From Octopus vulgaris (lineage: Eukaryota), in assembly GCA_951406725.2 (NCBI GenBank), contig OX597828.1, positions 16,306,001 to 16,370,000 on the forward strand: a stretch of 64,000 bases of DNA, written 5' to 3'. The notes beneath the pieces are model-generated. The model was given only the letters and a program-made list of their open reading frames with translations. It was not told the origin of the DNA and did not search any database. Within the stretch, counting starts at the first letter, position 1, and the number at the start of each line of letters is the position of its first letter. Shown here piece after piece: positions 1-13,041 of this stretch. A program made the translations under genes and the position numbers.

Positions 1-460
1 GGCTACAGCAAATATTCTGCTCAATACCACAGATTTCAATGCCAGTTGTTTGACCTTAACCAGTTGAGCATGTCCCTTAGTGGCTGACAATATGTGCATC
101 TCTGAGCATGAGCAGAAGTGGTGGGGGAGCATCACAACCATGTGTTGAGAGGAATTCTTTGGGGTTTGAACAATTCACCTTTGGAAACATAGGTGTCTCG
201 TTCAACATCCTTAAAAAACCCTTATTCAGAGACCTTTTGGGAGGGATGGGCTACTCGACCTGAAGAAAATTTTAACTGAGCCCCACCTGCAAGGTTACGC
301 GCTTTTTTATCTTGATATGAGATCAACATGTCGCGCACTTATGGTTGTGATGCATGTGCCTGGAGTACCCTTATCAGGCGGGTAGTCATGATGGGCATCC
401 TGGGCTCCTTGTATTTGTGCCCCAGTGTCACTTTGATGGCATGTACTGCTTTCTCACTCA
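1..460 (+). mobile_element. Non-autonomous ~550-bp SINE-like repeat ending in (TAA)n; 5' part outside window
   Basis: Colinear with 54683-55130 (ggctacagcaaatattctgctcaataccacaga ... gtgtcactttgatggcatg...ctctcactcaat) and followed by a TAA/ATT microsatellite. Confidence 0.75.
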
Positions 461-569
461 ATGATAATAATAATAATAATAATAATGATTTCTTTTATTA
501 TCATTATTTATTATTATTATTATTGTTGTTATTATTATTATGATTATTATAATAATTATTATTATTATG

Positions 570-644
<75 letters not shown>

Positions 645-1450
645 TTAAAATGTTTAGAAAGATTTCTTCCTGCTTTTTATCGTCTAATTTCAAATATCAC
701 CGCGGTTAACTTGTATTTCATTCTTCCGTGTCGATGAAATAAACAACTCTCAAATGTTGCTGCCGTTATAATTAATTTATCTCTTTAACACAAAATTCCT
801 AATCTTCTGCTAAAATGTGAAACCCTCATTATTATTAGTGTATTTATTTTCTTAATCTTTGGTGGTGTTGAAGGACATTGAACACTCTTAAATAATTTTA
901 CATCTTCTAATTATTTAAGAGAGCTTATATTGGGTACCAATTTGAAGATCAGTGATTGCTTGCTTTTACTCACTTTTTATTAAACTTCTGTACTTAACTT
1001 TTCAGTCTCGATTTGTCTATTTGATATGCACGGAATATAAATGAAGGGCATTGGTAATCAGAGACAGAGACGTAAATACAAATATACAGATATATATGCC
1101 TGACACTTGTATAGTATTTATCTACCAGATTTCACTCACTAAATATTTGTCAGGGTGTGAGTATAAGCGTCCAAAAGTACGACCTTGTCGGACCGAATAA
1201 AATCTTCGCTGTTGTGGATCGAACAATATCTCTGCTGCTGCAAAGTAACTTTTGCAATCATCGGGCCATAATTACGCATGTGAATTCTGCTCGAAAATGA
1301 ATATATACAGTTTTAGGTATGTATGTATTTATGTATATATGTATGTATGTATGTATGTATGCATGTTATCTATGCATTTATGAATGTCTCTCCTCCCCCT
1401 CTCTTTTTCTTTCCCTATAACTATATATATATATTGTTATCTATCCATCC

Positions 1451-1499
<49 letters not shown>

Positions 1500-1530
1500 C
1501 CTGTGTGTACGCATATATGCATATATACAT

Positions 1531-1593
<63 letters not shown>

Positions 1594-1669
1594 AAACCAA
1601 TCTTCATGCTTAATCGCTAAATCCACAAGTTTTTTCTTTATTCTCTCTATGTTTATTTTCCAGTATTCG

Positions 1670-1704
1670 TTTCTGTTGAAGAGCGTAGGCTCGAAATGTA
1701 AAAG
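1670..1704 (+). ncRNA. Degenerate minimal hammerhead-like motif in a PLE-type pLTR relic
   Basis: ttt CTGTTGA a GAGC gtag GCTC GAAAT GTA aaag follows the minimal PLE hammerhead layout (CUGANGA-A-stemII-GAAAC-GUH) with core substitutions; second copy at 14903-14940. Confidence 0.45.
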
Positions 1705-1848
1705 ACTCTCTCACTTTCCCAAGAGTCAAGCTACTACACCTGCTTGTTGTTCATAGACCTGTCTTCGTCGTTTGATTTTTGGTAAATTTCAACTATATAT
1801 ATATATTTAAAATGAGATAGGGGTTGTAAATTCAACCCTCCATGGGAT

Positions 1849-1902
<54 letters not shown>

Positions 1903-2051
1903 AAGTATGGGGGTTAACTTCACATGTGGTCTAAACGATTAGGTACGCTAGGTACCTAATATATATATATGTATATATATATATATTCTCCATTTTGGGG
2001 GATGGAATACGCTTCAATCATTTTACAGTTTCTAATTATTTAAGAGAGCAC

Positions 2052-2108
<57 letters not shown>

Positions 2109-2169
2109 TGCTTGTATTTATGTATGTGTTTTCAACGCATACCGTTTCATTTTTATTCTACTTTTCTTG

Positions 2170-2385
2170 GAGGCGTCGAGCTGGCAGAATCGTTATCACC
2201 CTGGGCAAAATGCTTAGCGGCATTTCGTCTGTCTTCACGTTCTGAGTTCAAATTCCGCCGAAGTCGACTTTGCCTTTCATCCTTTCGGGATCGATAAATT
2301 AAGTACCAGTTGTCTACTGGGGTCGATCTAATCGACTGCCCGTCCCCCAAATTTAAGGCTTTGTGCCTAGAGTAGAGGATTATTC
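2170..2385 (+). mobile_element. tRNA-derived SINE family B (Meta-domain type)
   Basis: ggcgtcgagctggcagaatcgtta...gagttcaaattcc (B box)...gcctttcatcctttcgggatcgataaattaagtaccag; many copies in window. Confidence 0.85.
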
Positions 2386-2880
2386 TTATTTCTTTCTTAC
2401 TTAATTTTGAAAGAGGGTTCACCCGAGACGTTAGTCTACTTCTCCTTTTCTTTTTTTCCTGTCTGTCGGCGCACTTTTGAATACTGACAACATTTTATAT
2501 TTGTATTCTTGCATTTAAAAAAATATTTGTCTACCCGTTCTAAACTCGAACGTTGTCCAACAGTGTATCTCTTATTCCGCCCGGTCCAGTTTGGGCTAGT
2601 TAACTTATACATACAGCGGTGGTGCCCCAGCATGGCCGCGGCCTTCGGGCTAAAACATTTTAAGGATTTTAAGGATTTATACATACATACATACATACAT
2701 ATATATATATATGTATACATATATATATATGTACATACATATATGTACATATATATATACATATATATGTCTATATATATATATATATTTATAATAGGAT
2801 TAGCTCGTATACGAGTAGGTATATATTTGTAAAAAATGAAGTTCGAAAATGCTGCTGTATTATACAATTTTTAATTTTTA

Positions 2881-2930
2881 TATATACATTATAACATGTT
2901 TCAGTTCCTGAAATGAACCTTATCAAAAAA
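2881..2930 (-). ncRNA. Candidate U3-A8 variant hammerhead ribozyme in the PLE pLTR
   Basis: Minus strand: TTGATAA GGTTC atttcag GAACT GAA ACAT gttata ATGT A; stems II and III well formed, stem I poor. Confidence 0.5.
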
Positions 2931-3222
2931 AGTTATATATAAAAAGAGACAGCTCATGCCGTCAAACACAAGAAATTCATTTATAATACACAACGGAGTC
3001 AGACATCTTAGAGTTCATGTATAGTTGATATATAGTTTGAAGTATATGTTCAAAGTGTTCGATGCAGTGGCCCACGGTGGCGATACGTATTCAATACAAA
3101 AAACAGATCAAAGTGGTGGAAAGCGGTCAATACAGAAGATTGATGTTTCCGAAAGAGCGAGGAATTCATTTTTACCTTAAGCAATTGTGATGACCCATGG
3201 TGGAAGTTCGCTGGGTGGTTCT

Positions 3223-3617
3223 AGTGATTTTTTGTGAAATGCTCGGTTTTATAATGCCTGTTAGGTGGTCAATCTAGCGTAGCGTGACGTCATCAATGTT
3301 TTGACCAATCGTTTCGTTAGGTGGCTTTAATCAAGTGGAACGGGACGTCATCATTATTTTGACCAATCGCTGCATTATAACTCCCTCTTGTTTGTTTCCT
3401 GTCTTGACCAGTCGCTTCGTTAGTCAAGTATAGCGGGACGTCATTTAGATTCTGCCCAATCACGACTTATAGCTACATTAGATCTGCCCCCTGTCTGTAC
3501 TTGTTAGGTGACTATTCAAGCAGAAAAGGACGTCATCAATATTCTGACTAATGACTGTCCCCTGTTTGTATCCTGTCCATTCTAGCAGAGCTAGACGTCA
3601 TCAACTTGTTGACCAAT
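3223..3617 (-). promoter_or_regulatory. Putative pLTR Pol II promoter: five CRE-like/CCAAT modules, TATA, Inr
   Basis: GACGTCA-N12-C(C/T)AAT (+ strand) at 3286, 3344, 3437, 3529, 3594; TATAAAA on minus at 3253-3247; TCACT at 3227-3223. Confidence 0.6.
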
Positions 3618-3786
3618 CAGAATCGGGTCTGACCCTTAGCTGTATCGTATGTATCAGGGTCAGATTTGCACGAAAGAATTTTTTTCCTTTTTTTACTAAG
3701 GCATATTTCCGTCAGAGTGAGTGTCTGTTTGAAGTAGCGGCCGTGGTGAAATTTGGTTCTCCTTTTCGGAGGACTTATCTTTTGTT

Positions 3787-5313
3787 TTAGTATTCCTGGC
3801 CCAGGGTGTTTAAACTTGGTCTAAATTTTTTTATGAAATATAGTTCTTTATTTTGGCGTTGTGTGAAGGTTGCGTTGTCACTGAATTTATAGAGCGGGTT
3901 AGTTGTAAATTTCGGATTTACATTTCCAGTACATCTATCTATGTGTCCGCTGACCGGTATTTTGCGGTAATCAGGGTTTCTAATTTGTGATTTATGCACC
4001 GCCATCCTGTTACGTAAGCTATTTTTTGTATGGCCTATATACTGCCTATTGCAGCCTGTGCATGTTATGACGTAAATTAAGTTTTCTGATGCGCAGCTGA
4101 AGTTTGTTCTAATGGTGAACTGGTGGCCTTGTTCCAGTATAAATTCTGATCCTTCTTTCAAGATGACACAGATTCCGCAGTTGGGCCTTCCACATTTTCT
4201 AACTGCTGGTTTTGTGGTTGATGTTGAGTGCAGTGTAGCTTGGGTTAAAATCCTTTTCAAGGATTTTGGTTGCCGTTTACTTTTAATGATGGTGTGTGTT
4301 TCGAGGATCCGGTTCATCTTTGGGTCTCCCTTTAGTAGGGCTGTGCTTTGTAGTATGGTGTTGAAGGCCTCATTGTTGAGTGGGTTGTGTGTAGAGATGT
4401 AGGGAAGGGTTTTTAATTGTTCTTTCTTTTTTGGTTTTGTTTGTCTCAGGTCTTCTATACTTAATTTAAGTACCCGTTGGATTGCACTGTCTATTAGGGG
4501 CTGTGGATAGTTTCTATTTGTGAGTGTGGTTCTAAGTTCCTGGAGACGTGTGTGTCGGGTGTTTGTGTTTGATATTATGGTGCAAATCCTTCTAGCTAAA
4601 CAAAAAGGGACATTCATTCTAGTGTGTCGTGGGTGGCATGAATCAAAGGGTAGGTACTGTTTAGAGTCTGTCGGTTTATAGTAGATATCTGTCTCTATTT
4701 TGTTGCCGGTTATCTTAATGAGGATGTCTAAAAATGGTAATTCTATTTCGTTGTGGTCCATCGTGAATTGTATATTGTCATTTATTCCATTTAATAGAAT
4801 TTTAAATTCCTCAAGTTTCTCTATGCCTTTGTCCCAGATGATGAAACAGTCATCGAGGTATCTTTTCCAGTTGTTATGGATATAGGTGGCGAAGGTGTTT
4901 CCATATTTCTCGAGTGTCATCCGGTATAGTATTTTCTCGAGGTATCCCATCACTAGGTTGGCAAAAGATGGTGCAGTACGCGTGCCCATCGCTGTTCCCG
5001 ATCTTTGCCTGTAGAAATCATTGTCAAAAATAAAATAATTGTTCTCTAAAATGAATCTAAGTCCTTCTATTATAAGGTCTTTGTTTATGCGAGTTGGTAG
5101 TTCAAAGGGGTAGTTATTCAGCCAGAAGGTGATTGCTTCTATTCCTAGGTTGTGAGGGATGTTAGAATAAAGATTAACTACGTCGAATGATACTAGAAGG
5201 GTTTTCTCATTGACTGTTTTAGGGAGGTGGTTGAGCATATCTATATCGTCTCTTACGTAGCTTTTGATGTGTTTTAGGAAAGGTTTAAGAAGTGTGTCTA
5301 AGAACTGAAACAT
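3787..5313 (-). CDS. PLE reverse transcriptase + Cys-rich linker + GIY-YIG endonuclease (N-terminally truncated; start codon supplied by the inverted repeat)
   Basis: RT motifs [40 protein letters not shown]; linker CGRPNCGIC; endonuclease [19 protein letters not shown]...RNRMAVH...ELYFI...PSLN; 508 codons without a stop. Confidence 0.95.
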   Translation of the reverse strand: MFQFLDTLLKPFLKHIKSYVRDDIDMLNHLPKTVNEKTLLVSFDVVNLYSNIPHNLGIEAITFWLNNYPFELPTRINKDLIIEGLRFILENNYFIFDNDFYRQRSGTAMGTRTAPSFANLVMGYLEKILYRMTLEKYGNTFATYIHNNWKRYLDDCFIIWDKGIEKLEEFKILLNGINDNIQFTMDHNEIELPFLDILIKITGNKIETDIYYKPTDSKQYLPFDSCHPRHTRMNVPFCLARRICTIISNTNTRHTRLQELRTTLTNRNYPQPLIDSAIQRVLKLSIEDLRQTKPKKKEQLKTLPYISTHNPLNNEAFNTILQSTALLKGDPKMNRILETHTIIKSKRQPKSLKRILTQATLHSTSTTKPAVRKCGRPNCGICVILKEGSEFILEQGHQFTIRTNFSCASENLIYVITCTGCNRQYIGHTKNSLRNRMAVHKSQIRNPDYRKIPVSGHIDRCTGNVNPKFTTNPLYKFSDNATFTQRQNKELYFIKKFRPSLNTLGQEY

Positions 5314-5378
5314 GTTATAATGTATATATAAAAATTAAAAATTGTATAATACAGCAGCATTTTCGAACTTCATTTTTT

Positions 5379-5427
<49 letters not shown>

Positions 5428-5474
5428 CACATATATATATATATGTACATACATATATATACATATATATCTAC

Positions 5475-5579
<105 letters not shown>

Positions 5580-5661
5580 GGTCCCGGGTTGAGTCGGGGT
5601 TAACCACAGTAAATAAGGTACTCAATACATAGCAGAGTAAATTAATTTATTTTATAGAAGG

Positions 5662-5712
5662 AGCTTCTATAAGACTAGAACTGTTTCATTCAAATGAAAT
5701 CATCAGGAAGCT
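5662..5712 (-). ncRNA. Type I hammerhead ribozyme, degenerate copy (stem III mutated)
   Basis: Reverse complement of the 7720-7770 motif with CTGT changed to TTAT in stem III. Confidence 0.6.
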
Positions 5713-6087
5713 TGCTGTCAAAATAAGTTCTGGCATTTATACATTTAGGCAGATTTAATGGGGTGGGGGACATTTTTTAGGTAAGCAGGGCACAAACTGT
5801 CTTTCTTAGGGGAGTGGTCAAAAGAATCAGTGATAAAGTAAATAAATGAATAAATAGAATAATTGAATAGAGTTTTAGGTAAATTAAAAGACTATCGCTT
5901 TTAGTCAGTTTGTCGTTGTTGTTATTAAGTGGAGGGAAGAAGTAGATAAGTATACATAAAAGAACATATAAAATAAATATACATACAAACCCACATACAT
6001 ACACATACGAATATCCATACACATACATATACATATGCCCATGTATATACATACAGACACACACATACATTCATATAAATACACTAG

Positions 6088-6135
<48 letters not shown>

Positions 6136-6278
6136 TACCTACACATTCATACATATACATATAAATACATACACATATATATACAAATACACATACACAT
6201 ACATGCAAAGACGCAAACACGCGCACACATATATCTACACATATACATATAAATATACACACCCATACACACACACAT

Positions 6279-6687
6279 ACTCTCTTTTACTCTTTTACTT
6301 GTTTCAGTCATTTGACTGCGGCCATGCTGTAGCACCGCCTTCAATCGAGCAACTCGACCCCGGGACTTATTCTTTTGTAAGCCCAGTACTTATTCTATCG
6401 GTCCGTTTTGCCGAACCGCTATGTAACGGGGACATAAACACACCAGCATCGGTTGTCAAGCAATGCTAGGGGTGGACACACAGACACACAAACTCACACA
6501 CACATATATATATATATACATATATACGACGGGCTTCTTTCAGTTTCCATCTACCAAATCCACTCACAAGGCATTGGTCGGCCCGAGGCTATAGCAGAAG
6601 ACACTTGTCCAAGATGCCACGCAGTGGGACTGAACCCGAAACCATGTGGTCGGTTAGCAAGCTACTTACCACACAGCCACTCCTGCG

Positions 6688-6689
<2 letters not shown>
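6279..6689 (-). mobile_element. tRNA-derived SINE family A (octopus OR-type, internal TA/CA tract)
   Basis: Reverse complement of ggcgcaggagtggctgtgtggtaagtagc...gggttcagtcccactgcg...gactgaaacaagtaaaagagtaaaagag; near-identical to 22521-22930 and 54139-54546. Confidence 0.88.
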
Positions 6690-6742
<53 letters not shown>

Positions 6743-7106
6743 TTTCTTCTCTCCTCATCTTTCTCCCTTATTTTATTTTGATTTTTATTTTCCCTTGACC
6801 GTCTTCAAAATCATAAAAGATATAATATATGACCTACCTACCCGCCGACACACATTTAGTGGCGCTAGAGTAAACAATCGCCAAAAGTTCCTAGAACTCC
6901 CCAGGGTTCCAGCAGGCCTAAATGAAATCCATCTACTGCTCCCCTCTCCCTTCCTTTCTATCTCTTTACCCACGGATACAAACGCAAACACTCACACACA
7001 CACTCACTCACATGCACACTCATACACATACACAAACACACATGTTCTCTCACTCATTTCCTCCTCATCCACTTATACATATGTATATATCACTCTCTAC
7101 ATGCAC

Positions 7107-7139
<33 letters not shown>

Positions 7140-7719
7140 CACATACATATACACACACAAGTACACATATGCATACAAACATAAATGTACCCGCTTTCAC
7201 ATAAACGTATACATAACTATGTACACACAAACACACATATATAAACGTACTTCAGTACACATAAACACACATAAATATCTGCGCGCATATATAAACGCAT
7301 AAGCTCATATAAAAAGATATGTGCATATAAACATACATACGCATATATACGCATCCATACGCTTATAAATACATATATGCACACATGCATGCATACATGT
7401 GTACATAAATGCATACATGCATATACATTCCTACACACATATATACATACATGCACATCCATACACATACGTACACGTACATACATATACATATCTACAC
7501 ATATACAGATATACACATACAAAAATCTACAAGTCCATATATATATATGTATATATATACACATACATATACGTATATACCTACATATACATACATATAT
7601 ATACTTACACCCATACACCAATATACATATACATATCTACATACACATACATATACATATATATACCACCCCATTAAATCTGCCTAAATGTATAAATGCC
7701 AGAACTTATTTTGACAGCA

Positions 7720-7770
7720 AGCTTCCTGATGATTTCATTTGAATGAAACAGTTCTAGTCCTGTAGAAGCT
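7720..7770 (+). ncRNA. Type I hammerhead ribozyme with intact core
   Basis: AGCTTC CTGATGA tTTC attt GAAt GAA ACAG ttctagtc CTGT A GAAGCT: stem I AGCTTC/GAAGCT, stem III ACAG/CTGT, GUA cleavage triplet ending at 7764. Confidence 0.75.
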
Positions 7771-7824
7771 CATCCTATAAAATAAATAAATATATATATA
7801 TATATATATATACATATATATATG

Positions 7825-7894
<70 letters not shown>

Positions 7895-8320
7895 TACTGA
7901 GTTTGTCGGTGTCAACAACACAGAAGAAAATGAGGCGAATGCAAAAGAAAGAAAAGATGAGGTATCTATGTCAAGTGGTAGATAAAGATGAGCTATGAAG
8001 AAAAATAGAAATATTTACATTTATTTTATATTTGAAAGTCTCAGTAAAAGTGAAAAACCACTTAGTGTAAGGGAATACGAAGAAGGAGAAATGAAGATAG
8101 AATGAATGGATTTATGTTAGACTTGAAAGATTATCGCAACTCAGCGCTCAATTGGTACTTATTTTATCGACCCCGAAAGGATGACAGGCAAAAACGACCT
8201 CGGTGGAATTTGAATTCAGAGCATGTAGACGGACGAAATGCTGCTCAGCATTTTGCTCGGTGTGCTAAGAATTCCACCGGGTTCAATGCCTTGTACAGTA
8301 TAGCCATATGGGTTTCATGT

Positions 8321-8700
8321 GGAGGCGCAATGGCCCAGTGGTTAGGGCAGCGGACTCGCGGTCATAGGATCGCGGTTTCGATTCCCAGACCGGGCGTTGT
8401 GAGTGTTTATTGAGCGAAAACACCTAAAGTTCCACGAGGCTCCGGCAGGGGATGGTGGTGATCCCTGCTGTACTCTTTCACCACAACTTTCTCTCACTCT
8501 TACTTCCTGTTTCTGTTGTACCTGTATTTCAAAGGGCCGGCCTTGTCACTCTCTGTGTCACGCTGAATATCCCCGAGAACTACGTTAAGGGTACACGTGT
8601 CTGTGGGGTGCTCAGCCACTTACACGTTAATTTCAGGAGCAGGCTGTTCCGTTGATTCGGATCAACCGGAACCCTCGTCGTCGTAACCGACGGAGTGCTT
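8321..8700 (+). mobile_element. tRNA-derived SINE family C
   Basis: ggaggcgcaatggcccagtggttaggg (A box)...ggtttcgattccc (B box); related copies at 14975, 17818, 18958, 27000, 33272 and 47020-47320 (minus). Confidence 0.85.
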
Positions 8701-9303
8701 TCAATCCAATAATGGGCTTCATATTTTAGCACAAGGCCAGCAAGTTCAGGGAGAGGCTAAGTCGATTACTGAACTAGTACCTATTTCATTCGACCACGAA
8801 AGGAATGAAAGGTGAAGTCGACTTCCGTGGTATTTGAACTTTGAAAGGCAACGACATTGGGAAAATGCCAGGAGCATTTTTCCCGGTGGGCTAATTATTC
8901 AACCAGCTGTCCGCCATGAAGAGTATATTCATATTAACAACATATACGTCCCACAGGGAGGCTCTTGCTGACCTCATAGAAATAGCAGTCAAACTACTTT
9001 AAACCTTATATGATGCTTTGTTTTTGTATATAATAAAAGGCATATTGGATATGCAAAACTACAGGATGCTCCTAACTGGGACATATTTTGGCACATTTCT
9101 GTTTAATAAGGTCTGACATAATGAGGCTAAGTATAAACAAGAGCAACACACATTCATAAATAAACACACACACACACAAACAATTACAAACGCACATATA
9201 AACACATTTATACATGTATATACGCACATATATAAACAATCACGCACTTATAATCATACATATAAACACACAGACTCTCTCTCTCTCTGTCTCACACAAG
9301 CAT

Positions 9304-9362
<59 letters not shown>

Positions 9363-11023
9363 CATACATACATACATACATACATACATACATACATACA
9401 TACATGCATACACATATACGTTCTCTTGCACACATGTGCACATATATAAAAGCACTCTTGCACGCATATATAAATACATTCATTGACACATATACATGCA
9501 TACGTATACAGATACACACATATAGATATATGCATGCACCTGCACATAGTATTCACACATAAACTGACACACACACACACGCGCGCTCACATAAATATAT
9601 AAGCACACGCACATTCATATATAATGATGCATACCCGCGCACACATACATATAAACACACACACACACACAGAAACTCACACACGCACTCACATACATAC
9701 ACTCTATCGCATAGATATGGGTACATACACTGACACACACACACACACAGACATAGACACAGGCATAGATAAATAAACACACGCAGATATAGATACATAC
9801 AGATATATACATATAGGGATAAACAAACAGACGAAAATCAATATTCACGTTGAAAACATTTTACTTTAATCTAAAACAAATATATTCCACGGAAAGGGAA
9901 ACCTCGAACCTTTAAATACTGAACAAAGAATGAAAAGCCCCTAAAAAATATATAATCCGCCCCATAAAACAACAATAAACACACAAATATCCAAACAATA
10001 TAAACCCTTAGAAAAACCAACAAGAACGCTGGTTGGGCAAATATTTTGGTTAGGGGAAAATTCCGTTTGGAATCTTGGCGGAGGACTGGAAAGAGATGAG
10101 AACGGAAGAGAAGGAAGAATGGGAGAATAGAGGTATGGGAGAGTGAGAGAATGGGAGAACAGGAGAACTGGAGATACGTTGAATGAGTGAACGAGGGAAT
10201 GAGGGAACGGGAGAATGACAGAAGAGGAGAATAAGGGGAGGATTGTTGAGAGTGAAAATTTGTTGGTTAAATTTTTTTTTTGCACTTGACAACTAACTAA
10301 AACCACAGACTTCACAGAATGAGGAATTTGAAACTGGCACCTTAAAGACTCAAAGACGGTAAAAATGAAGGATGTGAAGGGAGAAGAATATAGAAAGAAA
10401 AAAAAAAGAGATATAAATAAATGAAGATGCGAACCCCCACCACCATCAAAAAAGAAAAAAAAAACCCAAAAGCTCAAGTGAATAAACAAAAATGCGTAAA
10501 TAGATGAAGAAGTATGAAATTATATGAAGAATAATATTTCAAAAAGATTGAGGTTTACAGAAACAAAAATAGCCATAAAAAAATAAAGGAATAAATATAA
10601 ATAACAAGATAAAATAATTAAAAGAAAAATAGCTTGAATTTTAAAGACCCTAAAACAACGAGAGATGACAGCTCTCAGAGCTGAAGTTTACAATGTGGGA
10701 CTTTTTTTTTAGTGCTGACATCATATATATATATATATATAAGATATATACAAAATATGATATATATATATATAAATATATTATGTATATATGTTTGTAT
10801 GTATATGGTGTGATATTTTGTATCATGTGGAGGTTTTTAAACACATACGTTATACACTCAAACATTAATATATTTGTGTACATACACACACACACTTGTA
10901 TATGCGTACATATGTACACATGCACGTATATATCTATCTATCGGTATATGTTATTTATACAGATACATACATACATACATACATACATACATGTGAACAC
11001 GTGTGAAAGGACCCACGTTTATG

Positions 11024-11080
<57 letters not shown>

Positions 11081-11132
11081 TACATACATTCACACATACA
11101 TACATACTTGCATGCATACATACAGATACATA

Positions 11133-11186
<54 letters not shown>

Positions 11187-12008
11187 CGCACAGATTCGGC
11201 TATGTACGTACGCGCACACACACGCACGCACGCACACACATATAAGTGTATTGTAGTTTATATGAAGTAATGTGAAATAAAGCTCTAAGTGATTTAGAAA
11301 GTCACTCGAATGTAAGTTGGAAATAAAGGTGTGAAAACAAAAGCCGAACTTTTGAAACAGAAGGATAAAAGTGTAAACCGTTTAATTTTTCTTTTCCTTT
11401 TGTTATGACTCCTGTGCTTGTTATGGTTTTCTAAAACAGTTTTAAACACACACAAACATACACGCATATATATATATATAAAACGTTCAAGTGTTTCAAT
11501 TTGTCGACAAATGAGGAAGAGAGTACTCAGTGCGGGTTGCAGTGTATTTTGTTCAATCATAATGAAAATATTTGTTCTGACTCACGTTTCAAAGTCTGAG
11601 CGATCATCAGACAACAACTGACGATCGTTTTGCTGTGCATCTCGACTCGCGAGAAAGAAAATCACAAGTTATATACATATACATGCATACATAAATGCAT
11701 GCATGCATACATACATATATATGTGTGTGTGTGTGTGTCTGTATGTATTTATTATGTGTGTGTGTCTGTATGTATTTATTATGTGTGTATGTATATAATA
11801 CTGTCTATATCTGTATTAATAAACGAAGGAAATTTTGGATAGTATTTGATGCAGGTTGAACGACTATGTAGAGAGAAACTTCTCTTCGCTGTTGATATTG
11901 TTTCTCTTGTATGAGCGAAGGAATTGTTATGAATTGTTGTCCGGGTTTTAAGTATAGATGTGGTTGCTGCTTTGATCGCTGCTGGTTGTTTATTCATTTT
12001 GTGTGTGT

Positions 12009-12066
<58 letters not shown>

Positions 12067-12565
12067 ATGTGCGGTCCAGGTTGCTATGTCCTCCGTAGCT
12101 GAAACTGAAATTTCATCACCACTTTCTTGATGCATAGACTAATCACACGGAGGCAGACAGATGGATTATTCTCTCAACTTCTTGCACCATTTCTGGACAC
12201 TATTGTTGTTTATGTTGTTATTGTTACTGCTGCTGTCGTTAGGTTTTGGTGCTATATTTGCTATAGTTGTAGTTGTGGCAGTCGGTGTTTAGCCCAAGGC
12301 TGGTATCGGTTGAGCAGATATGATCCAAAGGGTTCCGATCTAGTTGACAGACGTTATGCATATATTGGATTAATGCATTGAATCCAATATAATAGTATTG
12401 GATTCAATGCATTAAAGTTGAAGCCGCTTATTGTGATCACTTTGGAACGAAATTGATTTAGATGGCAATAACCAGCTGATAACAATGCACAACTTATAGT
12501 ATCGTATTTGGACTTTCTTCTCGCAGCTGCATTCCTTGTAGATGTGGGTGCGATTGCTGCCGCCG

Positions 12566-12712
12566 CTACTACTACAACTACTATTACTACAACGACAACT
12601 ACTACTACAACTACTACTACTATTACCACCACCATCACCATCACTACTACTACTACTGCTACTACTATTACTACTACTACTACCACCACCATCACTACTA
12701 CTACTACTACTG

Positions 12713-12750
<38 letters not shown>

Positions 12751-12906
12751 GCTGCTACCACCACTACCACCACCACTACTACAACTATTACTACTACCAT
12801 CACCACCACTACCACTACCACCACCACCACCACCACCACCATTACTACTACTACTACTATTACTACTACAACTACTTCTACTGCTACTACTACCACCACC
12901 ACCACC

Positions 12907-12947
<41 letters not shown>

Positions 12948-12969
12948 TGCTACTACTACCACCACCACA

Positions 12970-13041
<72 letters not shown>

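Larger units (their letters stand above)
2789..5388 (-). mobile_element. Penelope-like element (Neptune-type), 5'-truncated, with 3' pLTR and inverted pLTR fragment at the 5' junction, embedded in (TA)n
   Basis: RT+GIY-YIG ORF 3787-5313; 87-bp perfect inverted repeat 2821-2907 / 5302-5388; TA microsatellites on both sides. Confidence 0.93.

Noticed and set aside
3285-3617. Repeat-spacer pattern resembling a CRISPR array
   Set aside because: Repeats are short and degenerate, spacing irregular, eukaryotic retroelement context, no cas genes.
8321-8395. tRNA genes at SINE heads
   Set aside because: A/B boxes run into SINE bodies; no proper acceptor stem or terminator.
11581-11612. Minus-strand CTGATGA...GAAACGTG hammerhead-like string
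   Set aside because: No stem II or stem I, and the triplet would be GUG (non-cleavable).
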